The notes under the pieces are model-generated. The model had not been told where the DNA came from, searched no databases, and was given only the letters and a program-made list of their open reading frames with translations. Below, piece after piece: positions 21,452-34,890 of a stretch of DNA of 40,364 nucleotides. This DNA comes from Octopus sinensis (taxonomy: Eukaryota). Location of the stretch: positions 1 to 40,364 of the forward strand of contig NW_021835404.1 of the NCBI RefSeq assembly GCF_006345805.1, in the 5' to 3' direction. Within the stretch, counting starts at the first letter, position 1. The number at the start of each line of letters is the position of its first letter. The translations under genes and the position numbers were made by a program.

Positions 21452-24400
21452 CCGACTACGGCTGCTATAATGGTACGATTATAATTGTAACGGCAATGAT
21501 GGCCGTCTCCCCACGAGCCAATCAAAGCTAAAAAATGATAACATTATCGTAGCACCAAAATGTTTTTGGAAACTAAAAGGAAAACTAAATCAGTATACCA
21601 AATCGCTTGTCCTATGGTTAATCTGGAAGCGCGTCCCCCAGGGAAGAGCCAGCCTGGGATCGAAAAGTCATCAACTGGCACAAACTCTTCTCCGAATACG
21701 GACATGGATGGTCACTTGAACGGGAAATCCCCCAACTCGAGCCCTCCAAGTTCACCACCACAACCACCACAGAAAGAAAAATGTAAGCGGAACAAATGGA
21801 CCCGAGAAGAGTATAAAGAAGTAATATACGCTTATTACTATGCATTAGGTAGGCCATCTCAAGAGAGACACACCGCAAACTCTTACAGTATATGGGGAAC
21901 ACGGAATCAAGACAGTAGGCCCTATTTGGACGAGAACAAATTAGCAAATGTGAGGAGGGATATCTTTAGAAATAACAGACTCACAGACAGTGAAATAAGT
22001 GCGATCAAGCACGCAACGGAAAATGACATAAATATAAGACACAAAGGAAATGAAGAATCAGATGAACAGTATAGCCCGCCACGAGGCTTAATTGAAAGAC
22101 TGCCATCTGACCAAAGTACGCAAAGGCCTGAAGATACAAGAAATTCTATTGTACCTGTTAAAGATAGCCAGGAAAACGAAAAAACAACAGTAACTGAAGA
22201 TCTCGCATTTGCTGAAGAACACAGAGAGTCTATGGCAGAAATGAGGCAGAAAATCCTGAATACGCTTGAAGTTGTAAGACATACAAGTATGAATGATAGA
22301 GAACCGCTTCATAAACTCTCAAATACAAACCAAAATAAAAAACAAATCCAAATTGGCAACTATGTAACAAATGAAATAATAAGAGAATTAAAACCTGATT
22401 TTACTGAGTTAAATGAAATTATTTACGCTTCTGCTAGGGCAATTGAAACCAGCTGTATGCCCCCGAAAAAACAAAGAAAACCAAACCTGGGAAGAAATCA
22501 AACCTGGAGAAGTGAAATTGAAAAAGAGATTGAATTTATGAGAGGGGAAATATCAATATTAAATGAACTAATATGTGGAAATGATGTAAGATCCAGAACA
22601 GGAAGAAAGATGAAGAGAAAATTTGGATCCTCACCAAGAGAAGAACTGATATCAATAAAAGAAACGCTGAAACAAAAAGTCCAAGCAAAAGCCCAAAGAA
22701 TACGAAGATTTGAGAAGAGAAACAAGTTTTACAAGCAAAATAAGCTGTTCACATCCAATGCCAAAAAATTCTACAGAGAAATAGGGAAGGAGAAAGTAAC
22801 CGTTAAAGACCCCCTCCCATGGAAGAAGTTCAAAACTTTTGGGAAAGGATTTGGAGTGACAAGAAGACGTACAACATAAATGCAGACTGGATTATACAAA
22901 CTGAAGGATCCTACCAAAATTTACAACAACAAGCATGGGAAGACATCACAATAGCAGACCTAAGAAAGGCACTTACGAAGGCCCATAATTGAAATCCCCC
23001 GGTAAAGATAGGGTACCGAATTTCTGGCTCGCATCGCTCCCGTGCGCACACGGTAAGCTAGTTCAGCTGCTCAATGGAATTTTGAGAGACCCAAAGAAAA
23101 CACCTGAATGGTTAGCAAGTGGCATTACTTACCTACTCTCAAAGAATAACGAAACCAACCTTCCAAAAAACTATCGGCCTATAACCTGTCTATCCACCAC
23201 GTATAAAATCCTAACATCTATCCCGGCGGAGAAAACATATGCATTCATGGAGAAGAACGATATTTTCCCCATTGAACAAAAAGGGTGCCGCCGAGGCTCT
23301 TACGGATGCAAAGATCAACTGCTAATCAATCGTATGATCCTTGAGAACTGTCACAACAAGCGCAGAAATCTCAGCACCGCATGGATTGACTATAAAAAGG
23401 CCTTCGACAGTATACTGCATCCATGGATCTTGAGATCGCTGGACATCTTTAAAATTTCCCCTGTGATTTCAAACTTCCTGAAGCACAATATGTCGTTGTG
23501 GAATACGAATCTCCAATTATACCACTCTAATGGAGTACTTGCCTCAGAAAATATAAACATCAACTGTGGAATTTTTCAAGGTGACTCACTTTCACCTTTA
23601 ATATTCTGCATAGCCCTAATACCCCTTACAAGTGAATGAAACAGAACAGGGTATGGGTATAAAATTGCCAATAAAAAAATAAGCCGTCTATTTTATATGG
23701 ATGACTTAAAACTTTATGGTAAAGACAATAATGAACTTGAAGGCCTATTGCGCACCGTGAAAGCATTCAGCGATGACATCGGGATGGAGTTTGGACTTGA
23801 GAAGTGTGCCAAGGCCACTTTCCAGAAAGGGAAAGTGAAGACCACAAATTCAGTCGTGTTAGATGTTGACACAGTCATAAGAGAGCTTGAGCAAGAACAG
23901 ACATACAAATATTTAGGGATAAATGAAGGCTCTGGTATTCAGCATGCAAGCATGAAAGAGAAAATCAGGAAGGAATGTTATAGGAGAGTTCGTGCAGTCC
24001 TGAAATCTGAAATAAATGCACGTAACAAGGTGTTAGCTATAAATTCCTTAGCAGTTCCAGTTGTTACTTATAGCTACAATGTGTTGAACTGGAATATGAG
24101 TGAAGTAAAGAATATAGATAGAAAAATACGCAAGCTGCTGAGTTGTAATAGGATGCACCACCCAAAGGCAGACGTAGATCGCCTTTACCTTCCCAGAGCC
24201 CAAGGAGGTCGAGGCCTGATCCAATTTGAACTAGCTTACAAAACAACCACAATTGGACTGGCCAAATATCTCGAAATATCGAATGACTGGATGCTAAAGC
24301 TCGTGGAAAATCACGAGAGACGAAAGAAGCTTCATTCTATCATCAAGGAAAGCAAAACATTTGCTATTGATCTCGTGCAGGATACCCAAATTGAACAACC

Positions 24401-25425
24401 CGAGGGAAGTACGGCAACTATTGTTGCAAAGAAGGTGAAAATGATGGCAATGAAAAAAGCGCACGAGTAATTGGCTGATAGGTGGGAGGAGAAACCTCTG
24501 CACGGCAAATATGTGACCCGCAGCAAACAAGCTGATGTTGACCAGAAGCAAACCCATCAGTGGCTGCGGAGCTCAGGGCTAAAAGCAGAGAGCGAAGGTT
24601 TCATCCTGGCTGCTCAAGACCAAAGCCTATTAACCCGGAACTACCAGGCCAATGTGATGAAAAATGGAGCAGACCCAAAATGCCGATTCTGCAACGACAT
24701 GATTGAAACAGTGGACCACCTAATCTCTGGATGTAAAGTCTTAGCACCAGTGGAGTATAAATTAAGACATGACAGAGTTGGCTAATATCTCCACTGGCTA
24801 ATAAGTCGGCATTACAATATCAAAACTGCCGACAAGTGGTATAATCACCACCCTGAGGTTGTAACTGAAGGAGAAAATGTAACCATTCTGTGGGACTTTC
24901 CAGTACATACAGACCGAACCATCAAGGCCAATAAACCAGATATTGTTGTAAAAGACCAAAACAATAAAGTTTGCTTATTGATCAACATGAGCATCCCCTG
25001 TGATCAAAATATCTCAGCGAAAGAGTTTGACAAGCTCAGAAAATATAAAGACCTACTCATTGAAATTGAGAAAATGTGGCATCTCAAGGCGGTTACAATA
25101 CCAGTGATCGTAGGAGCACTAGGAATGATCAAGAAGGGAACCGAAAATTATATGAGAATGATCCCTGGCTTACCATCCCTGCAAGAAGTGCAAAAGATTG
25201 TCTTAACTGGTACATCACACGTATTGAGAAGAGCATTGTCGATGTGAGAACTGTTGCTGCTCATGTATTTTAATTTAACTTTAAAATTAAAAAAAAAAAA
25301 AAAAATTAACGAACTACTGAGTTTGGTTTAATGGCCTACCAATATACACTATGAGTTTCTTTGCCCTAGGAGTCGGGAAGACACTCGGCAAGAAATGGAA
25401 GAAAATTTGAAAGAAGAAAAAAAAA

Positions 25426-25427
<2 letters not shown>
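21452..25427 (+). mobile_element. Near full-length R4/Dong non-LTR retrotransposon (RT plus RLE), inactivated
   Basis: Single ancestral ORF 21560-25247: N-terminal KWTREEYKEVIYAYY, KSPGKD, NYRPITCL, WIDYKKAFDS, GIFQGDSLSP, YMDDLKLY, CRFC..H..SGC, RHD, KPD..I(N)MSIP..K.RKY. Frameshifts at ~22815 and ~22990; stops at 23637, 24468 and 24783. The 3' end runs into (TAA)n. Confidence 0.95.
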
Positions 25428-25458
<31 letters not shown>

Positions 25459-25649
25459 TAATAATGATAGCAATAAAAACATGGTTTTGGTCTCTGAGGA
25501 CAACCCCAACAGAATTAAATTTATGTCTAATAATTCTAAGGTCAAGAATTCTATATATCAGTGTAAAATTTCTTGCGGTACTCTGAACTCTTCCATATTC
25601 TCTTCTCTAAGAGAATGTCGAAAGTAATAGCATCTGCGTTCAACTCCAT

Positions 25650-25650
25650 T

Positions 25651-25704
<54 letters not shown>

Positions 25705-26352
25705 AATATATATATAATATAATATATATATATATATATATATATGATATAATCTAATCTAATCTAATCTAATATAATATAATATAATATAATATATAAT
25801 ATAATAATATAATATAATATAGTGTAATATAATGTAATATAATATAATATATAATATAATATAATATAGTATAATATAATGTAATAATATAATAATATAA
25901 TATATATAATATAATATAATATAATATAGTATAATATAATATATAATATATATAATATAATATAGTATAATATAATGTAATATAATATAATATAATATAA
26001 TATAATATAATATAATATAATAATATATATAATATAATATAGTATAATATAATGTAATATAATATAATAATATAATATAATATAATATAATATAATATAA
26101 TATAGTATAATATAATATAATAATATAATATAATATAATATAGTATAATATAATGTAATATAATATAATATAATATAATATAATATAATATAATAATAAT
26201 AATATAATATAATATAATATAATATAGTATAATATAATATAATATAATAATATAATATAATATAATATAATATAATATAATATAGTATAATATAATATAA
26301 TATAATAATATAACATAATATAATATAATATAGTATAATATAATGTAATATA
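25650..26352. repeat. ~700-bp almost pure A/T tract, (TA)n then (TATAA)n
   Basis: Directly visible; source of the ILYY ORFs. Confidence 0.95.
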
Positions 26353-26576
26353 AGCCATCTTTCCAAATGTTATCTTCATCGAAACAAGACGGCTTATTCT
26401 GTCCCTCTCATAACCTGTCTCCTTAATGCGTTCAAAATAATTTTTCGTTTCTCATTGTGTTCAACTATTTTTTTGATGTCCTGTACCCATATATGCATGT
26501 ATACATACATATAGATGTAGGTATTACATATATGTATGTATATATGCATATATATATATATATATTATTTATATTA

Positions 26577-26986
26577 GGCGCAAGAGTGGCTGTGTGGTAA
26601 GTAGCTTGCTAACCAACCACATGGTTCCGGGTTCAGTCCCACTGCGTGGATTCTTGGGCAAGTGTCTTCTGCTATAACCCCAGGCCGACCAATGCCGTGT
26701 GAGTGGATTTGGTAGACGGAAACTGAAAGAAGCCTGTCGTATATATGCATATATGCATATATATATGTGTGTGTGTGTGTTTGTGTGTCTGAGTTTGTCC
26801 CCCTAGCATTGCTTGTTTACGTTACTTAGCATTGCTTGTTTACGTCCCCGTTACTTAGCGGTTCGGCAAAAGAGACCGATAGAATAAGTACTGGGCTTAC
26901 AAAGAATAAGTCCCGGGGTCGATTTGCTCGACTAAAGGCGGTGCTCCAGCATGGCCGCTGTCAAATGACTGAAACAAGGAAAGAGT
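26577..26986 (+). mobile_element. tRNA-derived SINE, same family as 304-769
   Basis: A/B boxes, CTTGGGCAAGTG, internal SSR and the same tail; small internal duplication TAGCATTGCTTGTTTACGT. Confidence 0.9.
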
Positions 26987-27009
26987 ATATTATATTATAT
27001 ATATAAATT

Positions 27010-27830
27010 CCAACTCGCCAAAACTGATGGACAGAATGTTGGCATTAGTCCCCACCCCACCCCAGGTGAGTCACTATTTGTTTAACGAAATATTCCTCCG
27101 CAAGCTGTCACCCCAGGTCCAGGCCCTCATAACTCAGACCGAAATCAAGGACATTTGGAAATTATCAAAGGCGTCTGACGGGCATTTTTTATCCAGTGGT
27201 GTCCTGGTCAACGCCATAGGGCCGGTTCCGAGACGGAGTAGGGTTAAGCAGGATGACCTGTGCTTCTACAATGCAAAGTTTGGTAAAAAGGCGACAAAAT
27301 GTAAACAACCGTATAGCTTCAGGACCCCTTCACCAGTGAACCAGGGCAACTCTAGGGCCGGCCGATATTGAACACCTTTCTTCGAGCACATTTGCTACTG
27401 ATGGATTTGCGGGGAAGATGACTGCTCGACAAAAACACACGCTTCCGTGCTTCTTGCAACATCTACACATGTCGCCCCCCCCCCGCATAGCAACCATCTC
27501 GCAGACCAAGAAGGAATTCTCGGATCTTCTTCTTAGTCGCCCGAATCTATCCACTCCGACATTCTCCAAACCTACAGCCCACCATGGGATGACACACCAC
27601 ATCTCTACCCCGGCTCCCCAGTGCGCAGCCGCACACGTCGTCTATCACCAGACAAATTGCAATCGCAAAGACCGAATTTGACAATATGGAGGCTTTGGGT
27701 ATTGCTCGATAAACAAGCAGTCCCAGGTCATCACCCCTGCATGTGGCCCCCAAATCCAACGGAGGTTATCGACCCTGCGGAGATTGACGTCTCAACGCGG
27801 ATACGACACCCGACCGCTTCCCCATTCCAA
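27010..27830 (+). mobile_element. Ty3/Gypsy gag-pol remnant (protease apparently deleted)
   Basis: Gag end LCFYNAKFGKKATKCKQP; RT start THHIST..RRLSPDKL, EFDNMEALGI, SSPLHVAPKSNGGYRPCGD.RLNADTTPDRFPIP. Confidence 0.9.
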
Positions 27831-28124
27831 ATTCAGCCTATAGAAGGTGCTAATTTTGGAAAATGTGCTCCACTTCTTCCCCTGTTAGCTACGCCATAGA
27901 GACTATGACCAGGTTCCTCCTATGCCACCACACCTCATAACTTTACTAATTAAAAGATGGTCAACAGGTGCACAAAGTCTTCCCAGATGCTTGTTCAACT
28001 CTGATATTATCACACTATCGCAGTCACCCGGCACTTAATGGTTCACACAGCTTGTATAAATGTTACACGTGAGATTCTAACAAGCAATTAATCAGCAGTT
28101 TATCGCCAATTGATCGATATTATT

Positions 28125-28894
28125 TTTGAGTATCAGATTTTTTTCTTCTACCAGTGCACTCAACTTGGTATGTTTACTTCCCTGTTGTAAGTTTGATAGT
28201 AAAAGTCAATAAGTTACCTACATAGAAAGACAGTTTTGGGTTCTACCATCCGACAATCAATTCTCTTTTGGCTGCTTTCCTCTCTTCAGCTTTGTTACAA
28301 TCACAAAATTCTCACCATTGATCCCTTTGGTTTCTGTTTAAATCGAGAGACAATAATTCCATCATATCGTTTCTCAAAACCTGCAATCTGAATCAAACCC
28401 TTTACTTCTCCCCAGATTTTCCTTCCCAATGAACGACCCCCTACTTTCCTGTGAACGAGTATCTGTGACATTCATTGAGCAACTGATTGGTTGCGATGTA
28501 ATTATTGGTTAATTAATTTATTCTCATCTCCTCTTCCTGCTACCACGTTTCTACTCTCAGCTCTCCGCTCCTCTTCCAGACTAATTCATTTATACTCATT
28601 TCATCTGTCTCTAAACATTGTTTCCATTTTATTTTTCGGTGGACTTGGTTGGTGTGGTGAGGGTTACTCATTTGTTTGTTGGTGTGTGATAAGCAACAGA
28701 GCATAACTGATCAATAATTCCGTAGATCAACAATCTATTGTTTACCTTGTTTTTTCATTACATCCGCCTTCCTTAAGGCGGAGGTATTTTTTAAGTCGTG
28801 TTTGTTAGTCTGTCCGTGGACAAGATTCTCAAGAACCGGTGGATGGATTCGCATGAAACTTTCAGGGATGTTTGGCCTCGTGACTGGCACGAAC
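28125..28894 (+). repeat. Local segmental duplicate X (copy 2), truncated inside the HINE-like element
   Basis: Matches 2667-3457 but lacks a 24-bp segment flanked by TCATTGA microhomology. Confidence 0.92.
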
Positions 28895-28921
28895 TTCATC
28901 TGGTTGACTGATGAGTAGTAA

Positions 28922-28958
28922 CAGAAGGCTGCGTCTTCGTATCACGTCGGGGCCATCA
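28922..28958 (-). other. Primer-binding site complementary to the tRNA-Trp 3' half (37 nt)
   Basis: Plus strand CAGAAGGCTGCGTCTTCGTATCACGTCGGGGCCATCA versus the recalled metazoan tRNA-Trp 3' half CAGAAGGCTGCGTGTTCGAATCACGTCGGGGTCACCA (33/37). It lies 5 nt from the LTR end. Confidence 0.8.
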
Positions 28959-28963
28959 ATTTA

Positions 28964-29474
28964 TGTAGTGGGAATATATATTCAGTTCCAGGTGCTGATA
29001 TGGATACGTGTATGTTATTACAAGATTTCATAGAGAGATCATGAATAAATTCAAGAACAATATTTACTACGTAAAAATGTATTTTATTTAATGGTCGTTG
29101 ATGATACGTAATCAAAATGTAGAATCTAATTGAATTAAATAATCTATGCAAGACAGATCAGAGATAGGAAATATGGAAATAACAGCTACGTGGTGATTTT
29201 CAGTCATGTGGCGTAGAGAAACAGACAGACATAGCAATGACGTGAATGGCTCTAAGTCTAATCGACTGAGAAGTGAAAGCAGGGTTAGCAAGCTGTTTTT
29301 ATTAATGGAACGCTAGATATTCTAGAAACTTCCAAGAGAAACATTAAGCTTCTTGAATAATAAAGAATCCGCTTCATGGCACAGATGTTTCCAGAACCTC
29401 AGTGAAGGGAGACTACTCTATAAACCTTCTTGCAAGGGACATCATTCAACTATTTAGCTACATAGACCACTACA
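28964..29474 (-). mobile_element. 5' LTR (511 bp) of an LTR retrotransposon
   Basis: Perfect 8-bp terminal inverted repeats TGTAGTGG...CCACTACA, minus-strand TAATAAAA and AATAAA, and an adjacent PBS. Confidence 0.85.
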
Positions 29475-29506
29475 TATATATATACATATATGAGAGAGTG
29501 GGAAGG

Positions 29507-29552
29507 GAGGAGGGAGCTGAGTGTCGTTGTGACTGTGAGAATGTCCTGAACC
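29507..29552 (-). other. Displaced distal 3' flank of gene copy 2
   Basis: GAGGGAGCTGAGTGTCGTTGTGACTGTGAGAATGTCCTGAAC aligns with 7261-7302 GAGGCGGCTGAGTGTGTTTGTAACTGTGAGAATGCCCAGAAC in the 3' flank of copy 1. Confidence 0.75.
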
Positions 29553-29574
29553 AGCAATATTATATTATTATTAT

Positions 29575-32500
29575 TTTTTCCTTCTTTCTTCAAATTTTCT
29601 TCCGTTTCTCGCCGAGTGTTTTCCATACACCTAGGGAAGAGAAGCTCATTGTATGCATTCCCAGATTACACACGCAAATTCACAGATAAAATATGTATTT
29701 AAAAATTAATAAATAAATAAATTCATGGATGGATGTTATTTTCAAAGCGATAGTGCTCTTCTCAGTACATGAGCCGTTCCAGTTAATACGATTTTTTGCA
29801 CTTCCTTGTAGGGATGGTGAGCCTGGAATCATTTTCAAATAGGTTTCAGTACCTTTTTTTATCATTCCTAGAGATCCTACAATCACTGGTACTGTAGTCG
29901 CCTCGAGATGCCACATTTTTTCAGTTTCTATTAGCAGGTCTTTATATTTACTAATCTTGTCAAATTCTTTCGCCACTATATTGTGATCACAGGGAATACT
30001 CATGTCAATTAATAAACACATCCTTTTTGTCTGATCTATTATAATAATATCCGGTTTATTAGCTTTTATAGTCTTGTCGGTCCTCACGGGGAAGTCCCAT
30101 AGAATCGACACATTTTCTCCCTCAGTCACAGCTTCAGGATGATGTTTATACCATTTGTCAGCGGTTTTGATTTTATAATGCCACATATTGTCCATTGTAA
30201 ATACTGGCCGACTCTGTCATGTCTTGCTTTATATTCTGAAGGTGCTAAGACTCTACACCCTGAGATTAGGTTGTCTGTTGTTTCAGTCTCCTCGTTACAG
30301 AATCAGCATTTTGGGTCAGCTCCATTTTTCATCACATTGGCTTGGTAGTTCCGGGTTAATAAGCTTTGGTCTTGAGCAGCTAATATGAAACCTTCACTCT
30401 CTGCTTTCAGCCCTGAGCTTCGTAACCATTGGTGCGTGTGTTTCTGGTCGACATCAGCTTGTTTGCTACGGGCCACGTACTTGCCATGGAGAGGTTTCTG
30501 TTCCCATCTGTTTCCTTGCAGCTGCAGTTGGCGTATTTCCTTCAGCCTGATCAATCTGGTGTGTATCTAAGAGATCAGCAGCGAATTGTTTGCTCTCTTT
30601 GAGAATAGAGTGAAGTTTTTTCGGTCTTTCATGTTTTTCAACAAGTTTTAGCATCCAATCGTTGGTTGTTTCAAGGTATTTGGCCAGTTCGATTGTGGTG
30701 GTTTTGTACATAAGTTGAAGCTGGATCAAACCTCGACCTCCCTGAACTCTGGGAAGGTAAAGGCGATCCACGTCTGCCTTTGGATGGTGCATCTTATTAC
30801 AAGTCAGTAGCTTGCGGATTTTTCTGTCAATTTTCATTATTTCACTGGTATTCCAGTTAAGCACATTGAAGCTATATAGAACAACTGGTACTGCTAAGGA
30901 ATTTATGGCTAACACCTTATTATATGCATTCAGCTCAGACTTCAGGACTGCTCGAACTCTTCTATAACATTCCTTCCTAACCTTCTCTTTCATGCTTTCA
31001 TGCTGGATACCAGAGCCTTCATTTATTCCTAGGTATTTATAGGTTTGTTCCTGCTCAAGTTCCTTTATTACTATTTCGACATCTAATTCGATTGAACTAG
31101 ACTTTACCAATTTCCTTTTCTTAAAAGTGGCTTTGTCACACTTTTCAAGGCCAAACTCCATCCCGATATCATCACTGAATCCTTTCACAGTATGTAATAA
31201 TGCTTCAAGCTCTTCATCATCTTTGCCATATAGCTTTAAGTCATCCATATAAAATAGATGGCTTATTTTTCTGTTGTCAATTTTGTAGCCATATCCTGTT
31301 CTATTCAGTTCACTTGAGAGTGGTATAAGTGCAATGCAGAAAATTAGTGGTGAAAGTGAGTCACCTTGGAAATTTCCACAGTTTATGCTAATGTTGTTTG
31401 AGTGCAATACTCCATTAGAATGATATAATTGGAGCGTCGTGTTCCATAGTAACATATTATACTTTAAAAAATCTGATATCACAAGAGAAATTTTGAAAAT
31501 GTACAGCGATTTCAGAATCCACGAATGTGGTATGCTGTCAAATCAATCCATGAAGAGCTGAGATTTCTGCGCTTGTTATGGCAGTTCTCAAGGATCATGC
31601 GATTAGTTAAGAGCTGAACTTTGCATCCATATGAGCCTCGTCTGCATTGGGAATGAGGTTATTCTCTTCCATAAACGTATATGTTTTCTCTACTAGAATA
31701 GATGTCAAGATCTTCTAGGTAGTAGATAAACATGTTATAGGCCGGTAGTTTTGGGGGTCTTTCGTTTTGTTATTTTTGGGGAGGAGGTAAGTAATACTAT
31801 TTGCCATCCAATGTGGTGTTTTTCCGGGTCTTTCATAATACTATTAAATAGTATTACTAACATTTTGTGTGCGGACGAGAGTGATGAGAGCCAGAAATTT
31901 GGTACTCTATCAATACCAGGGGATTTCCACTTATGAGCCTTCGTTAGTGCCCTCCTTAGGTCGGCGATTGAGATGTCTTCCCATACCTGTTCTTGTAGAT
32001 TTTTGTAGTCATCTTGGGTGCGTTTGATCCACTCTGCATTTTCATTGTATGGTTTCTCATCACTCCAGATCCCTTTCCAAAAGTGTTCAACTTCTTCCAT
32101 TAGGGGTGGATTTTCAATGGTTATTTTTTTTTCCCTATTTCCCTGCAAAATGATTTAGCATTGGATTTGAACATCTTATTTTGTTTGTAGCATCTGATTC
32201 TTTTCTCAAGTCTGCGTATTCTCTGAGCTTTTGCTTGAACTTTTTGTTTAAGTGTTTCTTTCGCTGACATTAGTTCTTCTCTTGTTGAGTGTCCATATTT
32301 TCTCATAATCTTCCTGCCTTTTCTTGATCTTACATAATTTCCAGAGATTAGCTCAGTTAATATTGATATCTCCCTTCGCAATTATTCAATTTCAGTTTCA
32401 ATTCTACTCCTCCAATTTGATTTTCTCTTCGAATTTGGTATTGTTGGCTTTTTGGGTGTTAAACAGCGTCTTTCGATTACCTTAGCGACAGAGTAAATAA

Positions 32501-33440
32501 TTTCATTTAATTTATTAAGATCAGGTTTTAGTTGTATGATTTCCTGTGTAACGCAGTTGCCAATTTGTGTTTTATGTTGGTGTGCATTTGAGAGTTTATG
32601 GAATGGTTCCCTATCATTCATAGTTGTATGGCCTACAACTGCAAGCTCATTCAGAACTTCTTGCTTCATTTCAATGATAGATTTTCTGTGTTGTTCAACA
32701 AACATGAGGTCTTCAAATTCTGTTTCGACATCATTTTCCGGGCTGTTTTTTCTAGGGTCATTATATTTTCCTACTTCTTCAGGATCTTGAGTCGTTTCGG
32801 CAGATGGTCGCCTTTCAGTCAATGCTTGTGGCCCAACATTCCTCTCCTCAGCTTCGTTAATTCTTTCCTGACTTACATTTAGGTCATTCTCTACCACTTT
32901 TTTAATAGAGGTTAATTCTGCATCTGTGAGTCTGGTATTCCTGAAGATATCTCTTCTAACATTTGCTAAACTGCTTTCATCCAGGTTTGGTCTGCTAGCT
33001 GGATTCCGGCTCCTCCTTGGGCTGGTCTACTTAATGCAAATTAATAAGCATATATTACTTCTTTATATTCTTCCCAGTTCCATTTAGTTCTTTTACTTTT
33101 TTGATTTTCTGGTCGTTGTGGTGGTGAACTTTAGGGGCTTAATTTGGGACAAATCCCGTTTAAGTGACCTTCCAGGTTCGTATTCGGGGAAGATATTCAG
33201 CCATTTGAAAATTTTTCGCCATCAAGCTGGCAGCCTCCTGACGGACGCGCTTCCTTTATAACCATTGGGCAACCGATTCGGTGTACTGTTAGAAATTTTC
33301 TTTTCAAGTAAAGTTAAATTATTATTAAGTTTTCATTAAAAAAAAAACATAGATAAAATAAAATAAAAAATAAATAAAAGATTTAACCACTAATTTTCAT
33401 ATAGGGGCCTCATTTATCATCATTAGCAGCCCCAGTAGTT
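29575..33440 (-). mobile_element. Near full-length R4/Dong retrotransposon, related to 21452-25427, inactivated
   Basis: ORF pieces 32382-32897, 32121-32381, 31735-32148, 30466-31482 (QGDSLSP, YMDD), 30303-30554 and 29680-30195 (KPD..IDMSIP) are colinear with the plus-strand copy. Same 3' terminus, running into TAA repeats. Confidence 0.95.
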
Positions 33441-33866
33441 ATAGCAGCAGCAATATCATTGTCAGCAGCTGCAGCGGCAGTGGTAGTAGCAATAGTAATG
33501 ACCGCAGCAACAGCATCAGCAGCAGCAGTGGTAGTACCAGTAGTAGTAGTAGCAGCGGTGGCAGCAGCAGCAGAAGCAGCAGCAATGGTAGCAATAGTAG
33601 TAGTAGCAGCAACAGCAACAGTAGTGGCCGTGGTTGTAGCAGCAGCAGTGGTAGCAGCAGCAGGAGCAGTAGCAGCAGCAATGGTAGCAATAGTAGTAGT
33701 AGCAGTGACAGCAGCAGCAGTGGTAGCAGCAGCTACAGCAGCAGTAGTAGTGGCCGTAGTTGTAGCAGCAGCAGCAGTAGTAGTAGCAGCAGCAACAGCA
33801 GTAGTGGCAGCAGCAGCAGTAGCAGTTGTAGCAGCAGCAGTAGTAGTAGTAGTAGTAGTAGTAGTA
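33440..33866. repeat. Compound (GCA/GTA)n trinucleotide tract
   Basis: Directly visible, with repeated higher-order blocks. Confidence 0.9.
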
Positions 33867-33883
33867 AATGTGGCTCATGTAAT

Positions 33884-34610
33884 CTTTTTTTTTTAGGTGG
33901 GATAGGGGTCCTATCGGTCAAAAAAGTTCAGCAGCGAACAGTGACCTTAACCTTAAGAAAAATTAAGGAAGGGCCGAGTTACTCTGTTCTGTATTATTTG
34001 TGAATAGAGAAGTTGTGTTCGACCAGAGAGAATCTATAATTAGTATCATTATTTTTTTTCCATGTGCGTTTGTGTTATTGCAATACAAAAGTGTTTGCAT
34101 ATTTCGGGTAAGGTAATATTGTAGAGATTGAAGTTGACTTTTCTAGAGATGTTTGTATGTCCAGTTAGAAGAACAGGCGTGTTTTTGCAATAAAAAGTAT
34201 ATGTTTACATCTATATTTGAATATTCAGGGAGGAAGCACAGATAAGTCAGATTTTCATAGAAAGTTTTAAGGTTCACCAAAGGTAGTCTTTTGTAAGTCC
34301 ACACAAAGAAAAGAGTGATGTTTTTAGAAAGAATTAAAAAAATGGATGTTTACAGAGGCAATTGTGGGTATTAAAGATTTTAAAGCTGATCAATTGTGTG
34401 TTTGAAAACTGTAGATATGTAAATTTATAAATTTCTTAAATTATTTTGAAGAGAATATTAAATACTCCCAGGATATTGTAGATATTCCAGTCTTTGAGAG
34501 TTATTTTTCCCCGTTGTTAAACTGGGTCATATTAGTGTTTCTATGGCTTTCGGCTACTGAATTGTCAGAGCAGCGAGGAACACGTCCAGCCGCTGTGAAG
34601 GCTGGCGCTC
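33884..34610 (-). mobile_element. Repeat P (Penelope-associated 3' segment), inverted copy without the tandem duplication
   Basis: The reverse complement aligns with 19936-21093, including the CTGAACTTTTTTGACC..A-run end. Confidence 0.8.
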
Positions 34611-34618
34611 CTCTAATC

Positions 34619-34717
<99 letters not shown>

Positions 34718-34731
34718 TATCATCATCATTA

Positions 34732-34771
<40 letters not shown>

Positions 34772-34790
34772 ATTATTATTATTATTATTA

Positions 34791-34831
<41 letters not shown>

Positions 34832-34832
34832 A

Positions 34833-34866
<34 letters not shown>

Positions 34867-34890
34867 TATTATTATTATATTATTATTATT

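Noticed and set aside
21455-21545. HDV-like ribozyme in the Dong 5' UTR
   Set aside because: A CGT-CTCCCC-ACG hairpin and CTAA are present, but P1.1 and P2 pairings could not be built.
28908-28936. Hammerhead ribozyme (CTGATGA plus stem)
   Set aside because: The required GAAA does not follow, and the 3' arm belongs to the tRNA match.
28922-28958. tRNA-Trp gene
   Set aside because: Only the 3' half is present, with a CCA-like end abutting an LTR; it is better explained as a PBS.
27010-29474. Gypsy gag-pol remnant and the LTR as one intact element
   Set aside because: They are in opposite orientations and separated by duplicate X.
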